From Solirubrobacteraceae bacterium (GTDB taxonomy: Bacteria > Actinomycetota > Thermoleophilia > Solirubrobacterales > Solirubrobacteraceae), in NCBI GenBank assembly GCA_031177685.1, contig JAPSGI010000012.1, positions 13,656 to 77,655 of the forward strand: a stretch of 64,000 nucleotides of DNA. Direction: 5' to 3'. The notes below the pieces were generated by a model. It had not been told where the DNA came from and searched no databases. It saw only the letters and a program-made list of their open reading frames with translations. Every line of letters begins with the position of its first letter. The stretch's first letter is position 1. This document shows positions 44,726 to 54,293 of this stretch, piece by piece. Position numbers and translations under genes: made by a program.

Positions 44726-47020
44726 TCAGAACGGGCTCTCCGCGGTCACCTCGAGCGCCGCGGACCCGGCCGGTCGCCGCGTGCGGTCGCCGGGGAACAG
44801 CGCGACGAACTCCGCGGTCCCGTCGACGGGGAAGCGGCGCGAGAAGGTCCCGTCGGGTCCCACCCGCGCGCTCGCGTATTGCCACTCCGCGTACCGCCGC
44901 TGCTGCCGCCCTCCTCCGAACAGGTCCACGAAGAAGTCGCCCCTGTAGGCGATCGTCACGCGACCGGAGCCGCCCGGAACGAGGCGTCCGCGGACGGTGA
45001 TCCTCGCCCGTCGCGGAAGCCGCCTCAATCCTGTGGTCAGCCTGAGCGCACTGGCCGCCCCGCTGTCGCCGCCGGAGTGCGTGTAGAGCACCCCCGAGGC
45101 GGGGCTTGTGGGTCGCACGGGGTTGAACGCGATCAGGCCGGTGCGGCCGATGGCCGCGAGCGACAGGATCGCGCGCTCGCTGACGAGCTGCGGGCGCCAC
45201 TCGCGGCCGCCGTTCGTCGTGCGCAGCACGTAGCTGCCGTCCTCGCTCGCGGGGCCGCGCCCGAAGCGCTCCTTGACCGCCAGCCACCCCGACTGCTCGG
45301 TCGAGAACGCCAGGTCGTAGACGTCGTCGACACCGGTCGCCACGACCTCCCTCCACGGCCTGCCGCCGTCGCGGGTGAAGAAGAGTCGCCCGCCGGACAC
45401 CGCGTAGCCGGCGCGGGCGCTGACGAAGTCGACCGCGTCGAGCTCGCGACGAACGGGCAGCAGTCCCCGGCCGGGCCTGCGCAGCTCCCGCCAGGTGCGT
45501 CCCTGGTCCTGTGAGAGGTACAGCGCCTGCGGGCCAGACGCGACGAGCGCGCTGCCGGCCTGGTCGACGTCGGTCAGCTGCGCCAGCTCGCGCGTCGAGC
45601 CGGGCGCGAACCGCCCGACCGTAGCGGGCCGGAAGTGGCGCCCTCCGTCGGTGGAGCGGCGGATCCCACGGCTGCCGATCAGCAGCACGGTCGAAGGATC
45701 GGGCGCATGAAGGGCGTACGCGAACTGTCGCTCGCTGACGACCTGCCAAGTGGTGCCGCCGCTGGCGCTGCGCCGCACGCGCCCGTTGTTGTCGAGCACG
45801 TAGCCGACCGTCGCGGCCGGGAACGAGACGTCGAGGATGCGGTCATCGCCCCGCAGGAGCGGGATCTCCCCCAGGGTCAGCCACGTCCGGCCGCCGTCGC
45901 TCGTGCGCACGAGGCCACGACCGCCGAACGCGAACGCCGTGTTCTGCGTCTTCGCGCGCACCTTCGCGAAGCCGTGCGCCGGCGCCGATCCGATCTGGCG
46001 CCACGTCAGCCCGCCGTCGTCGGACACCGTGGTCGCCGAGCGGTACGCGAAGCCGGCCGTCCGCGCTCCGACCGCGACCGCGCGCGCCGGCGACGCGAAG
46101 GCGACCGACCCCACGGCCGTCGGCGTCGCGACCTGGGCTGCCGTGGCCCCCCCGTCACCGGTGCGCAGCAGGTCGGTCCCGGGGAAGTAGTTCGTGATCA
46201 GGCAGGTGTTGGCGTCCGCGCAGCGGATCTGCTGGAGCTGGCGGTTCGCGCCGGGCGGGATCGCCAGCGGCTGCCAGCTCGCGCCGCCGTTGCTCGTCTT
46301 GAGCCAGGTCTGGTTGCCGGCGGCGTACCCCGTGGAGGCATCGACGAAGTGGACGCTCGCCAGCTCGCCGACGTCGTCAGCCGAGACCACCTGCGTCCAC
46401 GACGCCGCGCCGTCGGTGGTGCGGAAGATCGTGCCGGTACCGGTGAGCACGACTCCCGTGCTGGCGGATACGAACTCCATGGCGACCGGGTAGCTGACGT
46501 TCGGTACGGGAGTGGCCGGATCGGCGCTCGACAGCCGTCCGCCGACCATGCGCAGGACGCGGTTGTCCCGCAGCACGACGTAGCCGGCGTCGGGCGAGGG
46601 GAACGAGGCGTCGACCACGTGTCCCGAGCTGTCGCATGTCGTCTGCGACCGGAAAGAGCCGCTCAGCGTCCGGCCCCCGTCGTCGGATCGCCAGAGCTCG
46701 CACTCCCCGCCGAAGACGAGCGCATCGGGGCGGCCGGCGATCTCGAGGACGCTCAGTTCCGCCGGAGCATCGGTGGGTATCCCCGTCCAGCTCGTGCCAC
46801 CGTCGTCGCTGCGCAGCAGCGTCCCGAACGCGCCGACGGCGTAGGCGCGGTTGCCGGCAAACTCGACCTCCCGCAAGTTGTTCCCCTGCGGCTGCGGCAG
46901 TCCCCACTCCCAGCCGGAGTGGGGGACGGTCACGGCGTGGGCCGTCGCGGCGGCGGTCAGCCAAATCCCCGTCGCCGCCGTTGCGAGTCGCGCCGCACGG
47001 CGCAAGCTCCACCTGCCCAT
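44726..47020 (-). CDS. Secreted BNR/Asp-box repeat protein (double beta-propeller, sialidase/Ycf48-like fold)
   Basis: Signal peptide MGRWSLRRAARLATAATGIWLTAAATAHA. About 11 Asp-boxes (SDDGGTSW, TTDGAASW, SNGGASW, SDDGGLTW, SDGGRTW, SGGTTW, QDQGRTW, RDGGRPW, TNGGREW...). Confidence 0.8.
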   Translation of the reverse strand: MGRWSLRRAARLATAATGIWLTAAATAHAVTVPHSGWEWGLPQPQGNNLREVEFAGNRAYAVGAFGTLLRSDDGGTSWTGIPTDAPAELSVLEIAGRPDALVFGGECELWRSDDGGRTLSGSFRSQTTCDSSGHVVDASFPSPDAGYVVLRDNRVLRMVGGRLSSADPATPVPNVSYPVAMEFVSASTGVVLTGTGTIFRTTDGAASWTQVVSADDVGELASVHFVDASTGYAAGNQTWLKTSNGGASWQPLAIPPGANRQLQQIRCADANTCLITNYFPGTDLLRTGDGGATAAQVATPTAVGSVAFASPARAVAVGARTAGFAYRSATTVSDDGGLTWRQIGSAPAHGFAKVRAKTQNTAFAFGGRGLVRTSDGGRTWLTLGEIPLLRGDDRILDVSFPAATVGYVLDNNGRVRRSASGGTTWQVVSERQFAYALHAPDPSTVLLIGSRGIRRSTDGGRHFRPATVGRFAPGSTRELAQLTDVDQAGSALVASGPQALYLSQDQGRTWRELRRPGRGLLPVRRELDAVDFVSARAGYAVSGGRLFFTRDGGRPWREVVATGVDDVYDLAFSTEQSGWLAVKERFGRGPASEDGSYVLRTTNGGREWRPQLVSERAILSLAAIGRTGLIAFNPVRPTSPASGVLYTHSGGDSGAASALRLTTGLRRLPRRARITVRGRLVPGGSGRVTIAYRGDFFVDLFGGGRQQRRYAEWQYASARVGPDGTFSRRFPVDGTAEFVALFPGDRTRRPAGSAALEVTAESPF

Positions 47021-47209
47021 CGCATGCTCCCGTCGTAGCCGCGCGGGGAGCTCCCCGCCGTCCCGTGGGCGAGGCTAGTCGGGCGGCCGGCCCGATGTCA
47101 ACGCGGACGAATGTGAACCGTAGGGCGGCGCGGCCCTACCTGCGCGCGCGCCGCGGCGCTGGCGCTATGTTCCGAAGCCGTCGTAGGGGGTACTAGCGCA
47201 GGGGGGGAT

Positions 47210-49273
47210 ATGAGCACGACTCGAACGAGCGCGTGGCGACTGACGGTGGGGATCCTGATTGGCGGCCTGGCGATGCCGGCTGCCGCGGCGGCGCACCTGG
47301 AGCGCCCGTCGTACTGGCCCGACCCCGCCCCCGACACCGCGGTGAGCCCGCCGGCCGGCGGCGGCGTCCCCACGGCGCGCTCGCTGGAGTCCGCGGTCAC
47401 CGGCGAGGGGCCCGGCGAGGTCCGCGTCGTGTGCCAGGGCCGCAAGGGCAGCGGGTCGATGGCCCTGGCCCGCGAGTCGATCGCCGCGGCGCGCACGCAG
47501 GGGTTCCGGCTGCGTCCGAGCCAGCCCGAGGAGCACCTGACCAAGGCGCAGGCCCAGGACCTGCTGCGGCTCAACGACGCCCTGCGCCGGATGTGCGCGT
47601 ACGACTCGATCCAGCGCGCGGTCACGGACTCCGGCAACAACGACCGCATCGTGATCATGCCCGGCCGCTACACCGAGCCGGAGTCGCGCAGCCAGCCGCA
47701 GAACGACCCGCGCTGCGTTCCCGAGCTGCTCCAGCGCGACGCCAGCGGCGACGCGACCCCCAGCTACGAGTACCAGGCGACCTGCCCCAACGACCAGAAC
47801 CTGGTCTACGTGCAGGGCCGCGCGGTCAAGGGCGAGCCGCTCGAGCAGCCGCGCGAGGACCGCCAGGGCATCCCCGAGCAGGAGCTGGGCGAGTGCGTGC
47901 GCTGCAACCTCCAGATCGAGGGCAGCGGCGCCAAGCCCGAGGACGTGATCATCGACGCCGGCGACGCCTACGCGGGCACTGGCCCCGAGGCGCGCCCGGG
48001 GGCGCACGCCAAGCACGTCGTCCTGCGCGTCGACCGCGCCGACGGCTTCGTCGGGCGCAACATGCTCATGCGCGGCGGCAGCGAGTTCGGCTTCTACACC
48101 GAGGAGACCGACGGCGTCCTGCTCGACCGCACGAAGTTCTTCTGGAACGCCGATTACGGCCATCTCAGCTTCACCAGCGACCACCACGTCGTGCGCAACT
48201 GCGACGGCATGGGCGCGGGCGACGCGGCGATCTACCCCGGGGCCACGCCGGAGACCGGCTCCCAGGCCACCGACTTCTATCCGGACGCGCCGCGCGCCAA
48301 CACGGTGATCGAGCGCTGCGACATGCGCAACTCGGCGCTGGGCTACTCGGGGTCGATGGGCAACGCGGTCCGGATCACGAACAACCACATCTACGGCAAC
48401 ACGACCGGCATCGCGAGCGACACGCTGTCCTCGGCCGGCCACCCCGGGTTCCCGGCGGACAGCGCCGAGGTCGACAACAACTTCATCTACTCCAACAACT
48501 TCGACGTCTACTCCCCGACTTCGCCGGTCGACCCGCTGGTCGGGGTCCCGATCGGCGGCGGGATCATCTACGCCGGCTACAACGACGCGCGGATCCACGA
48601 CAACTGGTTCTTCGACAACTGGCGCTTCGGGACGATGCTGTTCGCGGTGCCCGACGCGCTGACGAGCTTCGGCGGCCCGGAGGGCGAGGTGTACCCGGGC
48701 GTGTCGTGCCTGGGGGCACCCGAGAACGGGCTGTCCACGTCGTGCGGCAACGACCAGTTCGACAACCGCATGGGACAGGTCCCCGCCGGGTTCGAGTTCC
48801 CCGAGGCGCTCGACCGCTACGGCGTGCCGCACGGCGAGGCGAGCGCGCAGTCGCTGCCCAACGGCGTGGACTTCTGGTGGGACGAGTTCGTCTCGAACCG
48901 GTGGAACTGCTGGTACGGCAACACCGGGCCCGACGGGACCGGCGCGAGCGTCACGGGCTCCGGCGACGCGGGCCGGCTCCCCGGCATCCCGCCCAACCTG
49001 CTGCCGGATTGCCTCGGGGGGACCAACCCCGACCTGAGCGTGGGGAACGGCGACGTGGCCAAGGAGGCGTACCTGATCGACTGCGCCAACGGGCCCGACG
49101 AGGACACCGGCCCGCTCGACTGCGACTGGTGGACGACGCCGCCGCGGCCGGGCAGCGCCGCCGCCGCGCAGCGCGCCGGCGAGGTGGCCGTCGCGTCGCG
49201 GCGCTTCGCGCTGACGCCGGAGGCGCGCCGCCTACGCCAGCGGATGGAGGCGCTCGCCGCCGGGAAGGGCTAG
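47210..49273 (+). CDS. Secreted right-handed parallel beta-helix repeat protein
   Basis: G7 RBS-like run, then ATG. Signal peptide. Coils such as NNHIYGNTTGIASD, VDNNFIYSNNFD and ARIHDNWFFDN. Many Cys residues. Confidence 0.8.
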   Translation: MSTTRTSAWRLTVGILIGGLAMPAAAAAHLERPSYWPDPAPDTAVSPPAGGGVPTARSLESAVTGEGPGEVRVVCQGRKGSGSMALARESIAAARTQGFRLRPSQPEEHLTKAQAQDLLRLNDALRRMCAYDSIQRAVTDSGNNDRIVIMPGRYTEPESRSQPQNDPRCVPELLQRDASGDATPSYEYQATCPNDQNLVYVQGRAVKGEPLEQPREDRQGIPEQELGECVRCNLQIEGSGAKPEDVIIDAGDAYAGTGPEARPGAHAKHVVLRVDRADGFVGRNMLMRGGSEFGFYTEETDGVLLDRTKFFWNADYGHLSFTSDHHVVRNCDGMGAGDAAIYPGATPETGSQATDFYPDAPRANTVIERCDMRNSALGYSGSMGNAVRITNNHIYGNTTGIASDTLSSAGHPGFPADSAEVDNNFIYSNNFDVYSPTSPVDPLVGVPIGGGIIYAGYNDARIHDNWFFDNWRFGTMLFAVPDALTSFGGPEGEVYPGVSCLGAPENGLSTSCGNDQFDNRMGQVPAGFEFPEALDRYGVPHGEASAQSLPNGVDFWWDEFVSNRWNCWYGNTGPDGTGASVTGSGDAGRLPGIPPNLLPDCLGGTNPDLSVGNGDVAKEAYLIDCANGPDEDTGPLDCDWWTTPPRPGSAAAAQRAGEVAVASRRFALTPEARRLRQRMEALAAGKG

Positions 49274-49277
49274 GCCG

Positions 49278-49643
49278 GTGCGCCGCGCCTGCGCGTGGGT
49301 GGCCGTCGCGGCCGCGGCCGCCGTCGCGGGATGCGGCGGGCAGGACGAGGGCCGCGCGTCCGGCGCCGCGGTCAAGCCGGTCGGGCCGGAGAGCGCGGGG
49401 TCCGTCGTGCAGTACGCGGACTGCGGCGACTGGCGACGGGGAAGCCCCGCCGCCCGCCGCGTGACCGTGGAGCGCCTGCGCGGACACCTGACCCCCCAGC
49501 GCTCGCGCACGGCGGCCTCGCCGCTGAGTGACGAGCGCGCCTACCGCCTGCTCCAGCGCGCCTGCGCGCCGGCCTACGCGGAGAGCCTGCGGCTCTACAA
49601 GCTCTACGTGCGCATGCAGGGCTTCGCGCCGCTGAGCGAGTAG
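49278..49643 (+). CDS. Lipoprotein, hypothetical
   Basis: GTG start 4 nt after the upstream stop. Lipobox AAVAGC. 121 aa. Confidence 0.65.
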   Translation: MRRACAWVAVAAAAAVAGCGGQDEGRASGAAVKPVGPESAGSVVQYADCGDWRRGSPAARRVTVERLRGHLTPQRSRTAASPLSDERAYRLLQRACAPAYAESLRLYKLYVRMQGFAPLSE

Positions 49644-49657
49644 AGCCGCAGGGACGT

Positions 49658-50020
49658 CTAGCTGCTCTTCGCGTAGTCCCCGAACTCGCCGAAGTCCACG
49701 AGGACGCACGGCTCGTCGCCCACGACCTCGGCGTCGTGCCCGGGCGGGATCGCGCACACGTCGCCGGGCCCGACCTCCCCGTCCGTGCCGTCGTCCATGA
49801 CGACCCGCATCCGTCCCGAGACGACGTAGCCGAGGTGCGAGACCTGGCACGAGTCCGTCCCGGCGATCGGCTTGACGTTCTCCGACCACTTCCAGCCGGG
49901 CTCGAAGACGCCCCGCCCGATGGTCCTACCGCCCACCTGCACCACGTCCGCGTGGCCGTTGCCCTGGAACTGGCGCACTTCGTCAGGCGACTCGAACGTC
50001 TTGATCTCGACTGAAGCCAT
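49658..50020 (-). CDS. Cupin-domain protein
   Basis: MASVEIKTFESPDEV...HLGYVVSGRMRVVMDDGTDGEVGPGDVCAIPPGHDAEV. Confidence 0.85.
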   Translation of the reverse strand: MASVEIKTFESPDEVRQFQGNGHADVVQVGGRTIGRGVFEPGWKWSENVKPIAGTDSCQVSHLGYVVSGRMRVVMDDGTDGEVGPGDVCAIPPGHDAEVVGDEPCVLVDFGEFGDYAKSS

Positions 50021-50121
50021 CTGGATCCCCTCGGTTGCTTTGTATCAGTCGAATCTAACCGCGCCGGAGGGGCGTGGCAAGCGACCGACGCCGGAGGTCC
50101 AGCCCGTCACAATCTCCGGGC

Positions 50122-50919
50122 ATGTCCGTCATCAGCCGCAACAACGTGGTGCAGCACGGGCCGCCGGACGGACAGCCGATGGTGCTCGCGCACGGCTTCG
50201 GCTGCGATCAGAACATGTGGCGCTACGTGTGGCCGGCATTTGCGGACCGCTACCGCATCGTCCTCTTCGACCACGTGGGCGCCGGCGGGGCCGACCCGGG
50301 GGCCTGGGACCCGCAGCGGTACGCCTCGCTGGACGGCTACGCGGACGACGTGCTGGAGATCTGCCGCGAACTGGAGCTGCGCGACGCCGTGTTCGTCGGG
50401 CATTCGGTCAGCGCGATGATCGGCGCCCTGGCCGCCGCCGCGGAGCCGGAGCGGTTCGCGCGGCTGGTCCTGATCGGCCCGTCGCCGCGGTATGTCGACG
50501 ACGACGGTTACGTCGGCGGGTTCAGTCGCGAGGACATCGAGGGTCTCCTGGAGTCGCTGGAGAGCAACTACCTCGGATGGTCGAGCGCGATGGCGCCGGT
50601 GATCATGGGCAACCCGGACCGCCCCGAGCTGGCCGACGAGCTCACCAACAGCTTCTGCCGCGCCGACCCGCGCATAGCGGCGCAGTTCGCCCGCGTCACG
50701 TTTCTGTCCGACAACCGTGACGACCTTGCTCGCGTCCGGACGCCCAGCCTCGTGCTCCAGTGCTCGAGCGATGCGATCGCGCCGGAGGCCGTGGGGGAGT
50801 ACGTGCACCGCGAGCTGCCGGACAGCCGCTTCGTGCGGCTTCAGGCGACCGGCCACTGCCCCAACCTCAGCGCGCCGGAGGAGACGATCGCGGCGATGCA
50901 GGCCTTCCTGGACTCGTGA
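50122..50919 (+). CDS. RsbQ / KAI2-D14-like alpha/beta hydrolase
   Basis: ATG 50122, inside track ORF 50074..50919. LAHGFGCDQNMW, the family-diagnostic FVGHSVSAMIG nucleophile elbow, LIGPSPRY, and C-terminal ATGHCPNLSAPEE. Confidence 0.85.
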   Translation: MSVISRNNVVQHGPPDGQPMVLAHGFGCDQNMWRYVWPAFADRYRIVLFDHVGAGGADPGAWDPQRYASLDGYADDVLEICRELELRDAVFVGHSVSAMIGALAAAAEPERFARLVLIGPSPRYVDDDGYVGGFSREDIEGLLESLESNYLGWSSAMAPVIMGNPDRPELADELTNSFCRADPRIAAQFARVTFLSDNRDDLARVRTPSLVLQCSSDAIAPEAVGEYVHRELPDSRFVRLQATGHCPNLSAPEETIAAMQAFLDS

Positions 50920-52136
50920 AGGCGGAGCCGGAGCTCCTCGAGGAGGCGGCCGCCGACCTCTTCGAGGACGCGCCGTGCGGCTACGTTCTCACGCGACCCG
51001 ACGGGACCATCGTCAAGGTCAACCGGACCTTCGAGTCCTGGACGGGATACTCGCGTGGACAGCTCGTCGCCGCCCGGCGCTTCCAGGACATGCTGGCCCC
51101 GGGGGGTCGGATCTACTACGAGACGCACTTCGCGCCGCTTCTGCACATGCAGGGCGCGGTGCGCGAGATCGCGATCGAGCTCGTGCGCGCCGACGGATCC
51201 AGGCTTCCGGCGCTGGTCAACGCCACGCTGGGGCGCGACGAGGCGGGTCGTCCGCGGGTCGTGCGGGCGACGGTCTTCGACGCGACGGACCGGCGGCGCT
51301 ATGAGGACGAGCTGCTGCGGGCCCGGCGCCGTGAGGAGGAGACGGCCGACGCGCTCCAGCGCGGCCTGCTGGCGGGAACGCTGCCAACCGCGCCGGGGCT
51401 GGAGCTGGAGGTCGCCTACCGGCCCGGGGTCAGCGGCCTGGCGGTGGGAGGCGACTGGTACGACGCGTTCTGGCTGCGGGAGGGCGAGGCCGTGGGGCTC
51501 GTGGTGGGAGACGTGGCCGGTCGCGGCATCGGCGCGGCGGCGACGATGGGCCAGCTGCGCAGCGCCCTGCGCGCGCTGGCGTCGACCGGCCTGGCGCCCG
51601 CGCGCCTGCTGGCCGCGCTGGACGGATACGTCCGGCGCCACGGCGTCGGCCCGGCGACGACGCTGGTGTACGCGGAGCTGGAGCTCGCCCCGCCCCGGCT
51701 GCGCTTCGCGTGCGCCGGCCATCCACCGCCCCTGCTCGCCATCCCCGGCCAAGCGCCGTTCTTCGCGTGGGAGGGCCGGACGGCGCCCCTCGACTTTCAC
51801 CTGGACGCGCGGCCGCTCGCCGAGGCGTCGCAGGCGCTGACTCCCGGCAGCACGGTCGTCCTCTACAGCGACGGTCTCGTCGAGCGGCGCTTCGAGCCGC
51901 TGGACGCGGGCCTGGAGCGGCTGCGCGAAACGGTGGCGGCACACGACCACGCGTCCGCGGCGCAGCTTCTCGACGCGATCGTCGCCGCGCACCACAATCC
52001 CGATCACGCGGACGACGTGTGCCTGCTCGTCGCGCGCATCACGGCGCGATCCCCAGCACCGCCGTCCCGAAGGCCGTCCGGTGACCCTGGTCGAAGTGAA
52101 ACGGTCGTTCCGCTCCGTCGCGCAGGGGGATCGTGA
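50916..52136 (+). CDS. PAS - PP2C (SpoIIE-type) serine phosphatase, RsbP-like
   Basis: GTG 50916 overlaps the rsbQ-like TGA (GTGA). PAS: LFEDAPCGYVLTRPDGTIVKVNRTFESWTGYSRGQL. PP2C: GGDWYDAF...GDVAGRGIGAAATMGQLRSALRA...LYSDGLVE...DDVCLLVARI. Confidence 0.85.
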   Translation: MKAEPELLEEAAADLFEDAPCGYVLTRPDGTIVKVNRTFESWTGYSRGQLVAARRFQDMLAPGGRIYYETHFAPLLHMQGAVREIAIELVRADGSRLPALVNATLGRDEAGRPRVVRATVFDATDRRRYEDELLRARRREEETADALQRGLLAGTLPTAPGLELEVAYRPGVSGLAVGGDWYDAFWLREGEAVGLVVGDVAGRGIGAAATMGQLRSALRALASTGLAPARLLAALDGYVRRHGVGPATTLVYAELELAPPRLRFACAGHPPPLLAIPGQAPFFAWEGRTAPLDFHLDARPLAEASQALTPGSTVVLYSDGLVERRFEPLDAGLERLRETVAAHDHASAAQLLDAIVAAHHNPDHADDVCLLVARITARSPAPPSRRPSGDPGRSETVVPLRRAGGS

Positions 52137-53760
52137 AGTCGAGGGCGCCGGCGGCCTGCATGCTGCCGCGGATGAGGGACTTGCCACCCGCCGGCGGCTC
52201 GGCGGCCGGGGTGCAGCGGTTGCGCGTGCGCTGACGGTCGTCGACGCCCAGCTGGAGGCGCACGTCGCCGCCGGCGCGCTGACCGGTCACGCGCGTGTCC
52301 CAGCGCCGGCGGACGTGCCCGATGCTCACGCGCGAGCACGGAGCGCTGCCCCGGTCGGCGGAGAGCGCGTCGACCCGGCTCGCGCCATGCACGTCGTGGT
52401 GGCGACGCGTCACGAACACGTCGCCCCCCGGTCGGTGGCCCGCCGGGCGCACTCTGCCGCTGTCCGTCGCCAGCCAGAAGTCCGCGTGAACGCTCGCGGT
52501 GGCGGCATGGCTGATGTGGTGGGTCTTCTCGGTCCCGTCGTCCACCGTGTGCGCGACCAGCCGCCCCGTCCACCCGACCTTCAGCCGCCACCGCTGACAG
52601 CCGATCCGGTCGCTGACCCACGCGTTCGCCAGGAAGTCGAGGTGACGCTGGCGCAGATCGCCGTTGACGTGTTCGGCCAGCAGCGAGTCGGGATCGAGGA
52701 TCGCCGAGCCGGTCGCGGCGTCGAGGTACTCGTCGTCGAGGTCGAGGAAATGGCCGGTCTCGTGCGCGACGATCCACTTCGCCTCGGCCCCTTGCATGTC
52801 CACGCCGGACCAGATCCCGATCTCCGGGGCTCCGCCGGGCCGCGAGTGGACCTCCGAGCGCACGAACGCCGACGTCAGCGACGTGACGTAGACCTGGTTG
52901 TGGCCAGGGGTGTTCTGACCGAAGCGAGGCTCCAGGCGCAGCCGGATGTCGAAGCACTGGCCGGTCCGGCCCCCTCCGTTGAGGATCCCCTCGGCTTCGC
53001 CGACGAGGCGGCGCAGCCGGTCTCGCGCCGTCTGCGACGTGGTCCCGGGGCCGAAGAACTCGAGCCGGACCGTGATCGTGACGTTCTCGCCAGTGCGCGC
53101 CGCGAACACGGCGTCGTGGTTGGTCGCGGTGCGGCCGTGGATCCGACCGTGCCCGAGCACCCGCCGCGGCGCGCGATAGCCGGCCCCACGGGCGCCGCGG
53201 CGCCACCACTCCTCCCAGCGCCGGATGGCCGTTCGGCGACGGCGCTCGCTCGCGTTGGCCGCGAAGCCGAAGTCCCGCCCCGTGAGGGCGACGAGGCGGG
53301 TGTTCGCGAGCGACGCCAGCCGGCTCGGCGGTTCGCCGTGGAGCATGAAGCGACGCGACCGCAGCAGGGCGATCAGGCGGGGCAGCATCGCCTTCTCGCC
53401 GCGGCCGGCGAGCGCGAAGATCGCCATCGCGCGGATCGACGGGTTTGCGTCCCGCAGGCGCTCGCGGATCAGGTCGAGCTCGGCGCGGGTCCTGGCGAGG
53501 TTGTGCCCCACGTACGTCGCCGCCCAGCGCCGATGCAGGTCGCGGCTGCGCAGGTGAGCGCGCAGCGCCCGCACGTCGACGCCGCCGAGCACGACCGCGC
53601 CGGTCAGCGGCCGGTAGCTCGCCGGGTTTGCGGGATCGAATGCCTCGACGGCGCGCACGGCGTCCGCGGTGGCCGCCGAGGCGGGCGCGGGTCCACCTAG
53701 CAGGAGGACGCAGGCCGCCGCGGCGGCCAAAAACCAGCGAGCCGCGGACCTGCGCGTCAC
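52039..53760 (-). CDS. Secreted protein with HEAT-like repeat region and HExxH (HETGH) zinc-metallopeptidase-like motif
   Basis: GTG 53760 overlaps the upstream TGA (GTGA), inside track ORF 52039..54240. Signal peptide VTRRSAARWFLAAAAACVLLLGGPAPASAA. HEAT-like DANPSIRAMAIFALAGRGEKAMLPRLIALL. AKWIVAHETGHFLDLDDEY. The family is not recognised beyond these motifs. Confidence 0.7.
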   Translation of the reverse strand: MTRRSAARWFLAAAAACVLLLGGPAPASAATADAVRAVEAFDPANPASYRPLTGAVVLGGVDVRALRAHLRSRDLHRRWAATYVGHNLARTRAELDLIRERLRDANPSIRAMAIFALAGRGEKAMLPRLIALLRSRRFMLHGEPPSRLASLANTRLVALTGRDFGFAANASERRRRTAIRRWEEWWRRGARGAGYRAPRRVLGHGRIHGRTATNHDAVFAARTGENVTITVRLEFFGPGTTSQTARDRLRRLVGEAEGILNGGGRTGQCFDIRLRLEPRFGQNTPGHNQVYVTSLTSAFVRSEVHSRPGGAPEIGIWSGVDMQGAEAKWIVAHETGHFLDLDDEYLDAATGSAILDPDSLLAEHVNGDLRQRHLDFLANAWVSDRIGCQRWRLKVGWTGRLVAHTVDDGTEKTHHISHAATASVHADFWLATDSGRVRPAGHRPGGDVFVTRRHHDVHGASRVDALSADRGSAPCSRVSIGHVRRRWDTRVTGQRAGGDVRLQLGVDDRQRTRNRCTPAAEPPAGGKSLIRGSMQAAGALDFTIPLRDGAERPFHFDQGHRTAFGTAVLGIAP

Positions 53761-54293
53761 GGCTGGTACCCCCTGCGGTACTCCGTGACCACGCGGCTGC
53801 GCGCCGGGCGGCACATGTGTCGATGACGCGTGCGCCGGCGCTCGCGGACCACGTCGAAGCCGAAGTCGCCGCCGCGCGGCGACGTCTGCCCCGGCGTTGC
53901 GCCACCGCTCGAGCCGAGGACCTTGGCCGGCGTCTCGGCGACGACGTAGAACCGCTCGGGAAGCGGGGCGATCGACGAGTAGTCGAACGACGCGTAGCCG
54001 ACGCGGCGCGTGGGATGCAGGCCCGTCGTGTAGCTGCCGACACGCCGCAGCTTGGCGCCGCTCGGCGTCGTCTGCCACACGTGCACCACGCGGCCGACGT
54101 GGCAGCCGACTGGATTTCGCACACCACCGAGCTGGACGGCGCGGGGCAGCGGGCGGCCGGGGCCGATGACGATCGTGCGTCCGGAGCCGGCCACGAAGCC
54201 GGTGTGCGCGGGGGCGTGCGGCACGATCGACGTGGTCCACGTCGCGGCGGTCGCCGCGGCGACGCAGGCGGCCAGCCGCCGCGCGCGCCTCAT
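53757..54293 (-). CDS. Secreted hypothetical protein (178 aa)
   Basis: AGGAGAG, then ATG 54293, inside track ORF 53757..54575. Signal peptide MRRARRLAACVAAATAATW. Coupled at both ends by 4-nt overlaps. Confidence 0.65.
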   Translation of the reverse strand: MRRARRLAACVAAATAATWTTSIVPHAPAHTGFVAGSGRTIVIGPGRPLPRAVQLGGVRNPVGCHVGRVVHVWQTTPSGAKLRRVGSYTTGLHPTRRVGYASFDYSSIAPLPERFYVVAETPAKVLGSSGGATPGQTSPRGGDFGFDVVRERRRTRHRHMCRPARSRVVTEYRRGYQP

